From positions 32,001-96,000 of the forward strand of contig JBGCEP010000026.1 in NCBI GenBank assembly GCA_045106415.1: a DNA stretch of 64,000 nucleotides. Reading direction: 5' to 3'. Below the pieces are notes generated by a model that was not told the DNA's origin, did not search any database, and was given only the letters and a program-made list of their open reading frames with translations. Within the stretch, counting starts at the first letter, position 1. Each line of letters begins with the position of its first letter. This DNA comes from Oligoflexales bacterium (GTDB lineage Bacteria; Bdellovibrionota_B; Oligoflexia; Oligoflexales; Bog-1112). Shown one piece after another: positions 49,143-59,306 of this stretch. The translations under genes and the position numbers were made by a program.

Positions 49143-50633
49143 ATGCGTACTATGAAAAATCTCGGAACGGAATTTCGTGTCGGACTCTTTACTCTTTTGG
49201 CAGGAGTGACGATCGGATATATTTTTCTTGTTTTAAGCCCAGAAAGCTTCGAACAAAAAGGTATGACGACATATGCAACTGTTGTCCAGGATGCATCTGG
49301 AGTCGTTAAAAAAACCCATGTGAAAACCAATGGTGTGATTGTTGGACAAGTGGGAGATGTTGTTCTTGAGGTGAATCAAACTCGTTTGATTCTAGAGATT
49401 GAGGATCGAGTTAAAATTCCTAAAGGTTCAAAAATTCGTATTCGAGAAAAAGGTCTTTTAGGTGATGTTTTTATTGATGTTGCTCGTGTAGAAGATAGTG
49501 GAGATTATTACCAGCATGGGGATGTCATACCTCCTGTTGAAGGGCAAACAAACCTGTCTTCACTTATGGCTTCAGCTGGTGATATAGCAAAAGATGTGAA
49601 AAAAGTAACTTCTGCTTTGGCAAACGCAATGGGTTCAGACAAGGGCCGGCAGCAGTTGGAAAATATACTTGATGATATTGCCTCTATTACAGGTGATGCT
49701 CGTCGGACCATGGGTGTTTTGGGGGAAGAGCTCGCAGGAGATGATAAAAAGCTTGTACGAATGATTGGTAATCTTGATGGGACGCTGGCTGATATCCGTG
49801 ATTTCAGTGGACATATTAAAGGGCTCGTTTCAGGCCCTAATAAAGAGCGATTGGAGAATATTTTAGCTTCATTTAATAACACGATGGAAGACGCTGAAGT
49901 CACCGCTCATAACATAAGAACGGTGAGCCATAAGATTGAGCGAGGTGAAGGAACTATTGGTCGTTTATTAAATGACGAAAAAACTGTCGCGGAAATTGAA
50001 GGTGCAGTAAAAGATATTCGGAAAATTCTGAAACCAGCAACACAACTTAAGGTCAATGTTGATTACCACGGAGAGGCTAGGAGCGGTGGTGAAACGCAGC
50101 ATTATTTTGACCTTCATATGAAAACTCGACCAGACAGATATTATGTTTTTGGGGTCACAGACTTAAAAGCGAGAACAGTTGATACAACCACGGAAAGTGG
50201 GGTGACCCCTGAAGGGGAAGATGTTGATACTAAAACACGTGAAATTCAAACAATTTCAATTAAAGAAAAACTTCGATTTAATCTTCAATATGCAAAAAGG
50301 TATGGACCACTACAGTTTCGCTTTGGCTTGTTTGAAAGCACAGGTGGTATCGCTACTGATGTTTATGCTTTGCGTGATCGTGTCAAACTCACGATGGAGG
50401 CGTTTGATTGGGATTCTCCTGAGACAGAACGTCGCACTGCTCATTTTAAAACTTATATGACTTTACTCTTCTATGATCATGTGTATGCCATGATTGGCTT
50501 AGATGACGTGACTCGAGTAGATGCGAGTACAGGGCGTGTTCACAAAACCCCTAAACCATTGGGAGGTATAGGGGTCTCATTTGATGATGATGATTTGAAG
50601 GGGTTGATGGGTACTGCTGCGCTCGCCTTGTAA
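49143..50633 (+). CDS. mlaD: Long MlaD/MCE protein with helical stalk and beta-rich C-terminus
   Basis: N-terminal TM; MCE motifs VKTNGVIVGQV and GLLGDVFI; GEGTIGRLLND; C-terminal alternating beta strands. Confidence 0.88.
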   Translation: MRTMKNLGTEFRVGLFTLLAGVTIGYIFLVLSPESFEQKGMTTYATVVQDASGVVKKTHVKTNGVIVGQVGDVVLEVNQTRLILEIEDRVKIPKGSKIRIREKGLLGDVFIDVARVEDSGDYYQHGDVIPPVEGQTNLSSLMASAGDIAKDVKKVTSALANAMGSDKGRQQLENILDDIASITGDARRTMGVLGEELAGDDKKLVRMIGNLDGTLADIRDFSGHIKGLVSGPNKERLENILASFNNTMEDAEVTAHNIRTVSHKIERGEGTIGRLLNDEKTVAEIEGAVKDIRKILKPATQLKVNVDYHGEARSGGETQHYFDLHMKTRPDRYYVFGVTDLKARTVDTTTESGVTPEGEDVDTKTREIQTISIKEKLRFNLQYAKRYGPLQFRFGLFESTGGIATDVYALRDRVKLTMEAFDWDSPETERRTAHFKTYMTLLFYDHVYAMIGLDDVTRVDASTGRVHKTPKPLGGIGVSFDDDDLKGLMGTAALAL

Positions 50634-50643
50634 TGGTCCGTTT

Positions 50644-52602
50644 TTAACGGATCATTGAAAGGAAGTGCACGTGTTTCTCATACTGGTCTAGAACATCAGA
50701 AATGATTTGATCTTCTGAGTAACCCATAACATCGTAGTTTTGCCCGCCCTCTTTAAGAAAAATTTCAGCACGGTAGTAGTTTCTATTTGGTGATTTATGA
50801 TGCGTATTCACAGCGAAGCTCGGAGGCTCATATTCGCGAATACGAACGTGGTAGATAAAATCAATTTCTTCACCGTGTAGAACTTCAAAAGCAGCACCCA
50901 GTTCATTTTCTCTTATTTTCGTGTGTATGCCTTGTTTTTTAAATTCTTCAGCAACTTTTTTAAAGCTTGAGACAACATTGTTTTGTATGAAATTTAAGAT
51001 TTGTGAAGACTTCGGGGTGTTCATAATATTTTCAATGCGGAGCTTCCAGTTGTCGTTATCAATTTGAGGGGACGTAATATTGTTCATCCCGGTGCTCATG
51101 CGTTTGAGGTAATCAATATTGAGAGCCTTTTTTAAACCAAAAGCTGAGCAGATTAAGATGAATGAAAAAGGCAAAGCACTAAGAATAGTGATTGTTTGCA
51201 GTGCTTGAAGTCCGCCAACTAAGAACATCACTGTGGCTACGAGCCCAATGAGGGCAGACCAATAAACTTTTTCCCAAACAGGATTATCTTCTCGCCCTTT
51301 ATTTGCCAAAAGATTTACAACCAAAGCCCCTGAGTCGGCAGATGTTATGAAAAAGACTAAAACCATAAACAGTGCTAAACATGAGGTGAGGTTTGATAAA
51401 GGAAAATGGCTTAAAAATGAGAAAAGAGAGGATGCTATGTCATTTTGAACATCTTGGGTTAGAGTACTTTCAGGTTCGTTGAGAGCGATGTATAATGCGC
51501 TGTTGCCAAAAACAGTCATCCAAGTAAAATTAAATAAAGATGGGATAATCATGACGCCCAGAACAAACTCTCTGATTGTGCGGCCATAGGAAATTCTTGC
51601 GATAAACATACCTACAAATGGTGACCAGGATAACCACCACGACCAGTAAAGAAGAGTCCACCCGCCGATCCAGTTGTTAGGCTCATAAGCGTATAAATTA
51701 AATGTTTTGTGAATCACACCAGATAAGTAATTGCCGGTGTTTTCTAAAAATGATTTCAACAAAAAATCGGTTGGGCCGAGAATTAAAACCATTCCCATAA
51801 GGCAAACAGCGAGTGCTAAGTTAAATTCAGATAAAATTCGCACGCCTTTTTCAACACCAGAGACTGCGGATAATGTCGATAGAATACTCACGCATAAAAT
51901 AAGAATAGCAAGAGCAACAGGAGTGGGAGACCACCCTGATAACCACTGGATTCCAGATCCTATTTGTGTGACACCGTAACCTAAAGAGGCTGCAACTCCA
52001 AAAATTGTCCCAATGATAGCGAAGATATCAAGAGTATGGCCAATGGGCCCCCAAATGCGTTTTCCGACAAGAGGAAGAAATGCTGAGCGCAGGGTTAGGG
52101 GAAGTTTTTGTCGATAGCAAAAATAGCTAAGAATAAGCCCTACTAATGCGTACACCGACCAAGCATGTAAACCCCAGTGAAAAAAGGCAATGCTCATGGC
52201 CTCTTTTGCGGCGGCAGGGTTTTTACCAACACCGACAGGAGGTGACACGAAGTGCATAATCGGTTCACCTACTCCGAAAAACATAATGCCAATCCCCATC
52301 CCAGCAGAAAAGAGCATCGCAAACCATGAAGGGTATGAATAACGTGGTTGTGAATGATCTGGGCCGAGACGAATATCACCATATCGGCTTAAACCGAAGT
52401 ACAGAACAAGGAGGAAAATACAAGCAACAGCAAAAATATAAAGCCAGCTGGCGTGTGTAATCAAGTTTTTCTGTATGGTATCTAAGTATTGGTTCATGGG
52501 GACAGGAAACGCAGCTGTGAGTCCCACTAAAGCAAATATTAATAGAGAAGATATCGAAAAAACAGGGTTTTTTAATTTATGTGTAGGCTCTTGTGAATTC
52601 AA
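50644..52602 (-). CDS. betT: BCCT family choline/betaine transporter (BetT-like)
   Basis: WFAMLFSAGMGIG, FFHWGLHAW, WWLSWSPFVGMFIARISYGRT; long BetT-type C-terminal domain. Confidence 0.9.
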   Translation of the reverse strand: MNSQEPTHKLKNPVFSISSLLIFALVGLTAAFPVPMNQYLDTIQKNLITHASWLYIFAVACIFLLVLYFGLSRYGDIRLGPDHSQPRYSYPSWFAMLFSAGMGIGIMFFGVGEPIMHFVSPPVGVGKNPAAAKEAMSIAFFHWGLHAWSVYALVGLILSYFCYRQKLPLTLRSAFLPLVGKRIWGPIGHTLDIFAIIGTIFGVAASLGYGVTQIGSGIQWLSGWSPTPVALAILILCVSILSTLSAVSGVEKGVRILSEFNLALAVCLMGMVLILGPTDFLLKSFLENTGNYLSGVIHKTFNLYAYEPNNWIGGWTLLYWSWWLSWSPFVGMFIARISYGRTIREFVLGVMIIPSLFNFTWMTVFGNSALYIALNEPESTLTQDVQNDIASSLFSFLSHFPLSNLTSCLALFMVLVFFITSADSGALVVNLLANKGREDNPVWEKVYWSALIGLVATVMFLVGGLQALQTITILSALPFSFILICSAFGLKKALNIDYLKRMSTGMNNITSPQIDNDNWKLRIENIMNTPKSSQILNFIQNNVVSSFKKVAEEFKKQGIHTKIRENELGAAFEVLHGEEIDFIYHVRIREYEPPSFAVNTHHKSPNRNYYRAEIFLKEGGQNYDVMGYSEDQIISDVLDQYEKHVHFLSMIR

Positions 52603-52975
52603 AAGTGACCTTTTAGTAAGTGGCTGAATACTGTGTTTTATGGCTATATCTTGCGATCCTCTGCAAAATTAGATCTGAATATTATAGCATGGATATTGCC
52701 GTGGCGACACCTAGGATTCATCGCCTTCTCATACGTGTTGACAGCTATGCTGTGAAGGAATATAAATTTCTTGCTTATGCTGTGGTGATAACAGGCTAAA
52801 CAAGTTAATTTTTTTGCAAAAAACAGCTGTGATGGCGTGACGCTTTTTTTAACTAAAAAATACTTTTTTACATAGAAAAGTGTTTTTTTTGGGTGTTTAG
52901 TTGTTTTTTTGTCGTTAATTAGGGTGACGAAAAATTCGAAATTGTAACCAAAGCATTGAAATGCTAGGGGAGAAT

Positions 52976-53419
52976 ATGGAAAAGACAAGTGATTATAAAT
53001 GGTTTTGGGATGGACTGGACCATTACCTTATTAAAAATGGTATGAAACAAAGTTCACAACGAAAAGTAATTGTTTCTTACTTTTTAGAAGTCGGGACTCA
53101 CGTACACGCTGAAGATATTCATGCTGCGATGCGTGCAGATGGACATGTTGTTGGACTTGCAACTATATATAGAGCGCTATCTCTTCTTAAAGATGCAGGC
53201 TTAGTGCAGCAGTATCTTTTTGGTGATGGAAAACGAGTTTTTGAAATTTTTGACCCAGAAGAGCACCATGACCATATGATTTGTCAAGATTGTGGTGGAG
53301 TCTCAGAATTTCATAATGAGCAGATCGAGAAAATTCAAGTTGATGTAGCAAATGAAAGAGGCTTTAAAGTTGTCTCACACCGGCATGAACTTTATGGTGT
53401 TTGTCAGGACTGCCAGTGA
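52976..53419 (+). CDS. fur: Fur family transcriptional regulator
   Basis: GLATIYRAL, HHDHMICQDCG and C-terminal CQDC. Confidence 0.9.
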   Translation: MEKTSDYKWFWDGLDHYLIKNGMKQSSQRKVIVSYFLEVGTHVHAEDIHAAMRADGHVVGLATIYRALSLLKDAGLVQQYLFGDGKRVFEIFDPEEHHDHMICQDCGGVSEFHNEQIEKIQVDVANERGFKVVSHRHELYGVCQDCQ

Positions 53420-54240
53420 TGGTCTGTTGTTCTTAGTAAGCTTCAAGATCCATTTCTTTAAGAAAGTAGCCATAACTTTTAGAAATAAGGTTGACGAAGA
53501 ATGACGTTGGTTCTGTGCGCAGAACCCTTTTCTTAGGTCTTTTCTTCGGTTTTTGTATGATGCCGATGAAGATTATCTCGAGTGTGTCTGTATGTTTTTT
53601 TATCTTTCTCACAGGCTTTCATAAGTTTTTTGTTGGGATGTAAACTTTTTAAAAAAGTGACTTCTTCAAAGCTCTAACGTTGAACAGCCTCAGGATTCCC
53701 GAGAGTGATGTGGTCCACGGATGTCGTTGGTCCTATGTATGGCATCGATGACAATAAATTCCACTTACAAGCCGAACCTTCGATTCTTTTGTTCTCGTGT
53801 AGGATCAAAAAAAAAAAGAGAACTCTAAATAGGTTCTTCTTTGATTAGTATTTCCGGCAATGATTAATTCTTTAAGTTCATTTGCAAGTCTAAAGATAAT
53901 TTTTGCAACATTGAAGCTGTTAAAATCTTTTACTCTTAAACTCTTGTCCTGCTCTGAAAAGGCTTTTTGATTATTCGCAGTCCAATGAAGAACTCTGCAT
54001 CGGATTTTTTTTTAATGACGAGCACTTAATATGTTGTTTTTCTAAATCTGTATGATTATTTTTTAATATAGAAATTTTATTTGAATCTAAAGATGAACCT
54101 TGTTCATCATGGTGAGTGACACCATCTTGTTCTATTGTATGGTGCTTTAAATTCTTTGATGTATGAGTTGGTTCTGATTTTGTGTGTTTTGTTTTAAAAG
54201 AGCGGCATGACATGCAGGAGTAAAGTGATTATAGTTGATC
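53420..54240 (-). pseudogene. Probable eroded gene remnant
   Basis: Protein-like minus-strand segments, including the 80-aa ORF 53971-54213, broken by stops and an A11 run at 53807-53817. Confidence 0.3.
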
Positions 54241-54346
54241 AGATTTTTATTATAAGAATCCTCATCAAGTACAGTCATCTATTCATTGAATAAGAATAAA
54301 AAATTGATAAAAGAATAATCTTTCTTTTTTTGTTGCTTTTAGATGA

Positions 54347-57004
54347 TTATGTTTCATTTTTTTGATTTAACTCTTCAAATATTTGATACAGATTTCTTTT
54401 TTGAATGGGTTTTGATAGAAAAAGATCCATACCGGTATTGAGGCATTTTTCCTTATCTTCAGGCATGGAACTTGCTGTTAGAGCAACGATGAGTGTGTCA
54501 GGTCTCTGCTCTTTTATTCTTTGAGTCGCTTCAAAACCATCCATAATTGGCATGTGACAATCCATGAAAATAATATCATAATTTTTTTCTTGTGACCTTT
54601 GAAATGCAATGAATCCATTTTCTGCAAAGTGGACAACGCAATTAATTTTTTCTAAGTACCCTTGAATAACGGCCTGATTAATGAGATTGTCTTCTGCAAC
54701 AAGTACTTGAAAACATCGAGAATGTATAAGTTCTTGTGACAGAATATTTTGAATATTATCTATTGCTTTAGTAGAGGGAAAAGTTGGGAATTGAAACCCA
54801 AATGTTGACCCTTTACCTTCTGAACTTTGCACCCAAATACTTCCTTTCATGAGCTCAATAAAGCTTTTGCAAATGGAAAGTCCTAGGCCAGATCCTCCAA
54901 AGTTTCTTGTGGTAGAGGCGTCAGCTTGGGAGAATGGCTGAAAAAGGTGTGATTGTATTTGTGGCGAAATACCAAGGCCATTGTCTTGTACTAAAACCTT
55001 AATATATTGTGTATGATCCCAAAAAACATCGATTTTAATTGTCCCGCGTTTGGTGAATTTAATAGCATTGCTTAACAAATTGGTAAATATCTGACGTACT
55101 CTCACAGGGTCTCCACTAATCCAGTGAGGGACATCTTTATGCACGTCAAATTTAATTATATTTCCTTTGACGCTTGCTTTATTTTTTAATAGATCAATAA
55201 CTTGTTGGAATTCTGTTTTGATGCAAAAAGAAATATTTTCCAGTTGAACTTTATTTGATTCTAATTTAGAAAAATCAAGAATATCATCAATGACTTGAGT
55301 CAGTGTTTCCCCACATTTATGAATGGATTTCACTTTATTAAGTGTTTTTTCATCTGTTTCTGAATTTAAGATAAGATCTGTTATGCCTAAGATACCATTT
55401 AAGGGTGTTCTGATTTCATGAGACATATTAGCTAAGAATTGTGATTTTATTTCTGTAGATTTTTCAGCTGTTTTTTTTGCTTCTAAAAGAGCTTTTTCAT
55501 GTTGTTTTTTTTCTGTGATATCAGTGCGGATTGCGATATAACCAGATATAGATCCGTCTTCTCCAACTTGAGGAATAATAGAAGTGTCAACCCAATAGAA
55601 CTCCCCTGACTTTTTTTTGTTTTTAATTTCACCACGCCATATCTTTTTTGAAGAAATCTCTTTCCATAACCTTGGGAAAAAATCACGATCGTGATGATGA
55701 GAATTTAATATACGGTGGTCACTTCCAATGAGTTCTTCATTAGAATAACCTGATATTTCAATAAATTTATCATTAACTTCTGTTATAATCCCTTTTTTGT
55801 CAGTTTGTGCGTAGATGGAAATCTCGTCGATGGCAATTTTTTTCTCGTGAGATTTTTTGAGTGATATTTGAAGTTCATTTTTTGAAATAGTTTGTGAAAT
55901 ATAAAACATTACAATGATGATTGTAATGAAGATAAGGAGGCCGGGTATGGTGTATGTTTCTGACTTCATAAGGTGATTTTTGATGATTTGACGCGTCGGC
56001 CCGAGTTGAAGAGAAAGTTGGATGTTTCTAATGTGAATACCGATTTTTGTATCGAATTTTTTTGGGCTATGATCTCCTTGTTTATATATAGTTTTTGAAT
56101 CAAGAAGTATTGTGGTGTTAAATTCTTTCTCAAATAAATCTTTGAAAAAATACTCTGACTTGTATGTTGCTATAATATAACCGTTGATTTCATTTTTTTT
56201 ATTAAAAGTAGGGTGAGATGATAAAAAGAATGTCTCATCTTTTGGTCCTGAAAAAGGGGGGCTAATGGATCCTTTTTGAGTTTTGTGAGATGCGTGGATA
56301 GCGGTGTTTTTTTCTTTATGAGAAATGCTGTTAATTTGTTCTATTATGGCAATTTTATTTTCTGGATACAGCCAATGAGATATGAAATCTGTGTCTACCC
56401 ATGAAATAGATTGCAAATTATTAAAGTCGTTTAAGTACTTTTTTGTGTCTTTTTTCCATTTAGATAAACTATCTTTATCTTCATTGTTAAATCTTAATGC
56501 TATTCGATCTATGTTTGTTAAATTGTTATTGATTTTCATCCTTACAAGCATTGAAGTTGTTTTAATTTTTTCTTCCATTATCTTTTCAAGGTTTTCTTTT
56601 TCTTTTTTGTGCATAAAAATAAAGGTGTATGAAGAAAGACTTAATCCAAATATAATGATTGCAGAAATATTTATACTTAAGTGTAGTGAGGTAGGAAGAT
56701 TATTATGCATATGAGAAATTTTTTTATTCTTATACATTTCTTTTATAATTTGAGAAGTAGGTTCTTTTTTGACTGATAGTAATGAGTATATCCGTTCTTT
56801 TTTCTTTCCTATAAAAACACCAATTATACAAAAAATAAAAAATAAAATGATCAAAGGTATTATAATATTAATATTTGTCTTAATGATTTCAATGTAATGG
56901 TGATCTTCTGGTGTGGCGAGACTTGTTATGATAATAGAAGAAAAAAAAATGCTCATAGCTGCGCCGAAAAAAGCATAAATCCAAAGTGATCTTTTTTTTC
57001 TCAT
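54347..57004 (-). CDS. Hybrid sensor histidine kinase (TM, CHASE-like, PAS, HisKA, HATPase, REC)
   Basis: FLANMSHEIRTPLNG, NLLSNAIKFT, GGSGLGL, FMDCHMP and PAS/PAC WRGEIKN. Confidence 0.93.
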   Translation of the reverse strand: MRKKRSLWIYAFFGAAMSIFFSSIIITSLATPEDHHYIEIIKTNINIIIPLIILFFIFCIIGVFIGKKKERIYSLLSVKKEPTSQIIKEMYKNKKISHMHNNLPTSLHLSINISAIIIFGLSLSSYTFIFMHKKEKENLEKIMEEKIKTTSMLVRMKINNNLTNIDRIALRFNNEDKDSLSKWKKDTKKYLNDFNNLQSISWVDTDFISHWLYPENKIAIIEQINSISHKEKNTAIHASHKTQKGSISPPFSGPKDETFFLSSHPTFNKKNEINGYIIATYKSEYFFKDLFEKEFNTTILLDSKTIYKQGDHSPKKFDTKIGIHIRNIQLSLQLGPTRQIIKNHLMKSETYTIPGLLIFITIIIVMFYISQTISKNELQISLKKSHEKKIAIDEISIYAQTDKKGIITEVNDKFIEISGYSNEELIGSDHRILNSHHHDRDFFPRLWKEISSKKIWRGEIKNKKKSGEFYWVDTSIIPQVGEDGSISGYIAIRTDITEKKQHEKALLEAKKTAEKSTEIKSQFLANMSHEIRTPLNGILGITDLILNSETDEKTLNKVKSIHKCGETLTQVIDDILDFSKLESNKVQLENISFCIKTEFQQVIDLLKNKASVKGNIIKFDVHKDVPHWISGDPVRVRQIFTNLLSNAIKFTKRGTIKIDVFWDHTQYIKVLVQDNGLGISPQIQSHLFQPFSQADASTTRNFGGSGLGLSICKSFIELMKGSIWVQSSEGKGSTFGFQFPTFPSTKAIDNIQNILSQELIHSRCFQVLVAEDNLINQAVIQGYLEKINCVVHFAENGFIAFQRSQEKNYDIIFMDCHMPIMDGFEATQRIKEQRPDTLIVALTASSMPEDKEKCLNTGMDLFLSKPIQKRNLYQIFEELNQKNET

Positions 57005-57138
57005 ATAAAAGCCTGTTTTAGATCATTTAAGTAAAGGTATAAAGCTGGCCTTATATTGATTCATCGGTTTTTTTTTGAAAATGTGAAGTATTATGAATAT
57101 TAAATTATTTTTAATTATCAGCGGTTATCATATTTTCT

Positions 57139-57165
57139 TTAGAAAAAAATCAAAAATGACGATAA
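57139..57165 (+). promoter_or_regulatory. Sigma-28-like promoter motif
   Basis: TTAG-N15-GACGATAA. A divergent TTCA-N15-ACCGATGA lies at 57061-57087 on the minus strand. Confidence 0.4.
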
Positions 57166-57197
57166 AGGACGCAGTTATGATCCCTAGGAGTAATAGC

Positions 57198-58436
57198 GTG
57201 AAAATATTTGATAGCAACAATAAAATGACGATGGCTTTTAGTTTTTTATTATTTATCTCCATGGGTTGTGGTAAGACCTCGACACGATCGTCATCCTCAG
57301 GGTCGAGTGATGCTACAATATCTGACATTAGTATGACACTTCCAAGGCGAGCATTACTTGCAAATGAAGTTCCTGCTATTAAAAGACTCATGACACATTA
57401 TCGATTGAGGTATGAAACAGTTGTTCCGTGTGCTTCAAGAGGATTTATTGAGGTAGCAGCGTACCGAGATGAAGGGCTTCTCGGTATTAATGTTGATCGT
57501 AGCTGTGAAATTCTTTTAAGTATGGAGTATGGATATAATCTTAAAAGCGATGGAAGTGGAGATGTTTATTATGCTTCGAATAGAATGCGTTTCTCACCAG
57601 AAGATTTAGGTGGAATTCCATTAAATCTTGTTGATAATGATGATTTTCTGCAGTCTGAATCACAAAAAACTTCACAAAATGTTGCTTCACAGGGTTCTGT
57701 AAATTCAAACAGCGTCTCACCCCAAGTTCAAGAGAATAATAGTTCTCAAAATATAAATAACTCAAGTAATCAGAACAATAGCTCCCAAGATGTGAGTCAT
57801 TCGTCAGTGCCGCAGGACTCTTCTCGAACAACTAGCGCACAGCAGTCAAGCTCGGTTGGAGAAGAAACAAAGAAGAAGCGTTATTTCCGAATAGATTTTG
57901 ATATGCGTATTACGACATTAGGAAAACAACTTGGTTTAAAAACTGAGACTTTTCGCAATTCTGAAGAAGTTGCTACGGGCAGTTCTTCAAAGGACAGTCG
58001 TGACTCATCTACAGGTCTTCCTAGTTCTGACATTGATCGAGATTTAAATCCAGCCTCAGGTATTCAATCGCGTGATGATGTGGATGACAGTTTGATTGAT
58101 GATGGAAGAAGTAATGATGATGATCTTATTTCTGAGCCTTTTGAGGGTTTAGATGATGATGAGCTTCCTTCTGAAGAAGGTGGTGATGAAAATCAAGTGC
58201 AAAAAGAAGTGACTTATAACGATGATATTCAACTGCTTTTGAGTGATAACTGCACTTCTTGTCATAGCCCAGGCGGAGTCGCTGCAAGTATTGACTTATC
58301 AACTGAAGATTCTGCTAAAAATTTTGCAAGTCAGTCTAATAGCTCTATTCAAAATGAGAGAATGCCTCCATCAACCCCATTAGCATCTGAGGATAAAGAA
58401 CTTTTTGATGCATGGATAGAAAGTGGTGCTCAATAA
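57198..58436 (+). CDS. Lipoprotein with S/N- and D-rich linkers and C-terminal monoheme cytochrome c
   Basis: ISMGC lipobox; VTYNDDIQLLLSDNCTSCH...MPP...WIESGA. Start uncertain (GTG 57198 after GGAG; ORF open from 57093). Confidence 0.8.
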   Translation: MKIFDSNNKMTMAFSFLLFISMGCGKTSTRSSSSGSSDATISDISMTLPRRALLANEVPAIKRLMTHYRLRYETVVPCASRGFIEVAAYRDEGLLGINVDRSCEILLSMEYGYNLKSDGSGDVYYASNRMRFSPEDLGGIPLNLVDNDDFLQSESQKTSQNVASQGSVNSNSVSPQVQENNSSQNINNSSNQNNSSQDVSHSSVPQDSSRTTSAQQSSSVGEETKKKRYFRIDFDMRITTLGKQLGLKTETFRNSEEVATGSSSKDSRDSSTGLPSSDIDRDLNPASGIQSRDDVDDSLIDDGRSNDDDLISEPFEGLDDDELPSEEGGDENQVQKEVTYNDDIQLLLSDNCTSCHSPGGVAASIDLSTEDSAKNFASQSNSSIQNERMPPSTPLASEDKELFDAWIESGAQ

Positions 58437-58550
58437 TAAAATTGAGTAATTTATTTCCATGAGGTCTTTGGGCTAGTTTTTTTTCTAAGATAAATTTTTA
58501 TTTTATCTTCTTGTTTTTAAATGATAATTGGAGTTGTTTTTGTTGTTTCC

Positions 58551-58577
58551 TGAAGTTTCCTAAAAATGCACCGACAG
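58551..58577 (+). promoter_or_regulatory. Sigma-28-like promoter of the 58599 operon
   Basis: TGAA-N15-ACCGACAG, 21 nt before the start, followed by GGAGG. Confidence 0.5.
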
Positions 58578-58598
58578 TGTATATAAGGTGGAGGAAGC

Positions 58599-59306
58599 AT
58601 GAAAAAACAAAAATTCTCCAATTTTTTATTCTTTCTAGCTATTATCTTTTTAGCTCAAGGTTGTTATTTCATTGAATTTTTCAATGGAGGTAGTGATTCT
58701 TCTTCAGGAGGAGATGAGCCTTCAGTTAGCCGTCAGCCTGTTTTAGGGGGGACGATTGGCCCTGTGGCTGGAAGTGTTGATGAAATCGCTTTGGCTGCCG
58801 TCTATGCTATCTACCCAGGAACTGCTCCTGCATCTATCCGCCCTGATCCAGATTTGTATGTTCGGAGATTTTTAAGGCAGTTTAGAGAAGAAAGCTCTAC
58901 TTTAGCTCGTGCAATTGGAAATGTAGAGGGCTTTCGTTTATTGTTAGGCGGGGCGAGTATTGACTTTCAAAAAATGCCTCAACAAACATACGATGCAACA
59001 TCATTACTTGCCAGCCTTAGTGTTGCCGGAGAGGTTTGTGAAGGGCTGGTTTCACCCAATAATTGGGAACACTCTGGTTGGGAAACTATTTTACCATTCG
59101 GTGCAAATGATACTCAAAACAATATTAAGTTTCTTATTCAAAGAATTACCGGTCAAAAATCTTCTGAAATCTTAGCTGAGGATGTTGATCAACTTCAACA
59201 AATTTTAGATGACCATAGAGAAAATTTAGACGACCCCGTGACATATGAAGATTATCAACCTGTATGTGCTGTACTATCTTTGGATGCGGAGGCGTTATTA
59301 TTATGA
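58599..59306 (+). CDS. Lipoprotein, helical partner of the heme/DUF1501 module
   Basis: LAQGC lipobox; ATSLLASLSVAGEVC...VCAVLSLDAEALLL. Confidence 0.8.
   Translation: MKKQKFSNFLFFLAIIFLAQGCYFIEFFNGGSDSSSGGDEPSVSRQPVLGGTIGPVAGSVDEIALAAVYAIYPGTAPASIRPDPDLYVRRFLRQFREESSTLARAIGNVEGFRLLLGGASIDFQKMPQQTYDATSLLASLSVAGEVCEGLVSPNNWEHSGWETILPFGANDTQNNIKFLIQRITGQKSSEILAEDVDQLQQILDDHRENLDDPVTYEDYQPVCAVLSLDAEALLL

Noticed and set aside
52620..52800. Possible riboswitch upstream of betT (GGCGA...TCGCC hairpin) and the 114-aa ORF 52644-52988
   Set aside because: No match to riboswitch consensus sequences I can recognise. The ORF crosses the divergent promoter region and looks non-coding.
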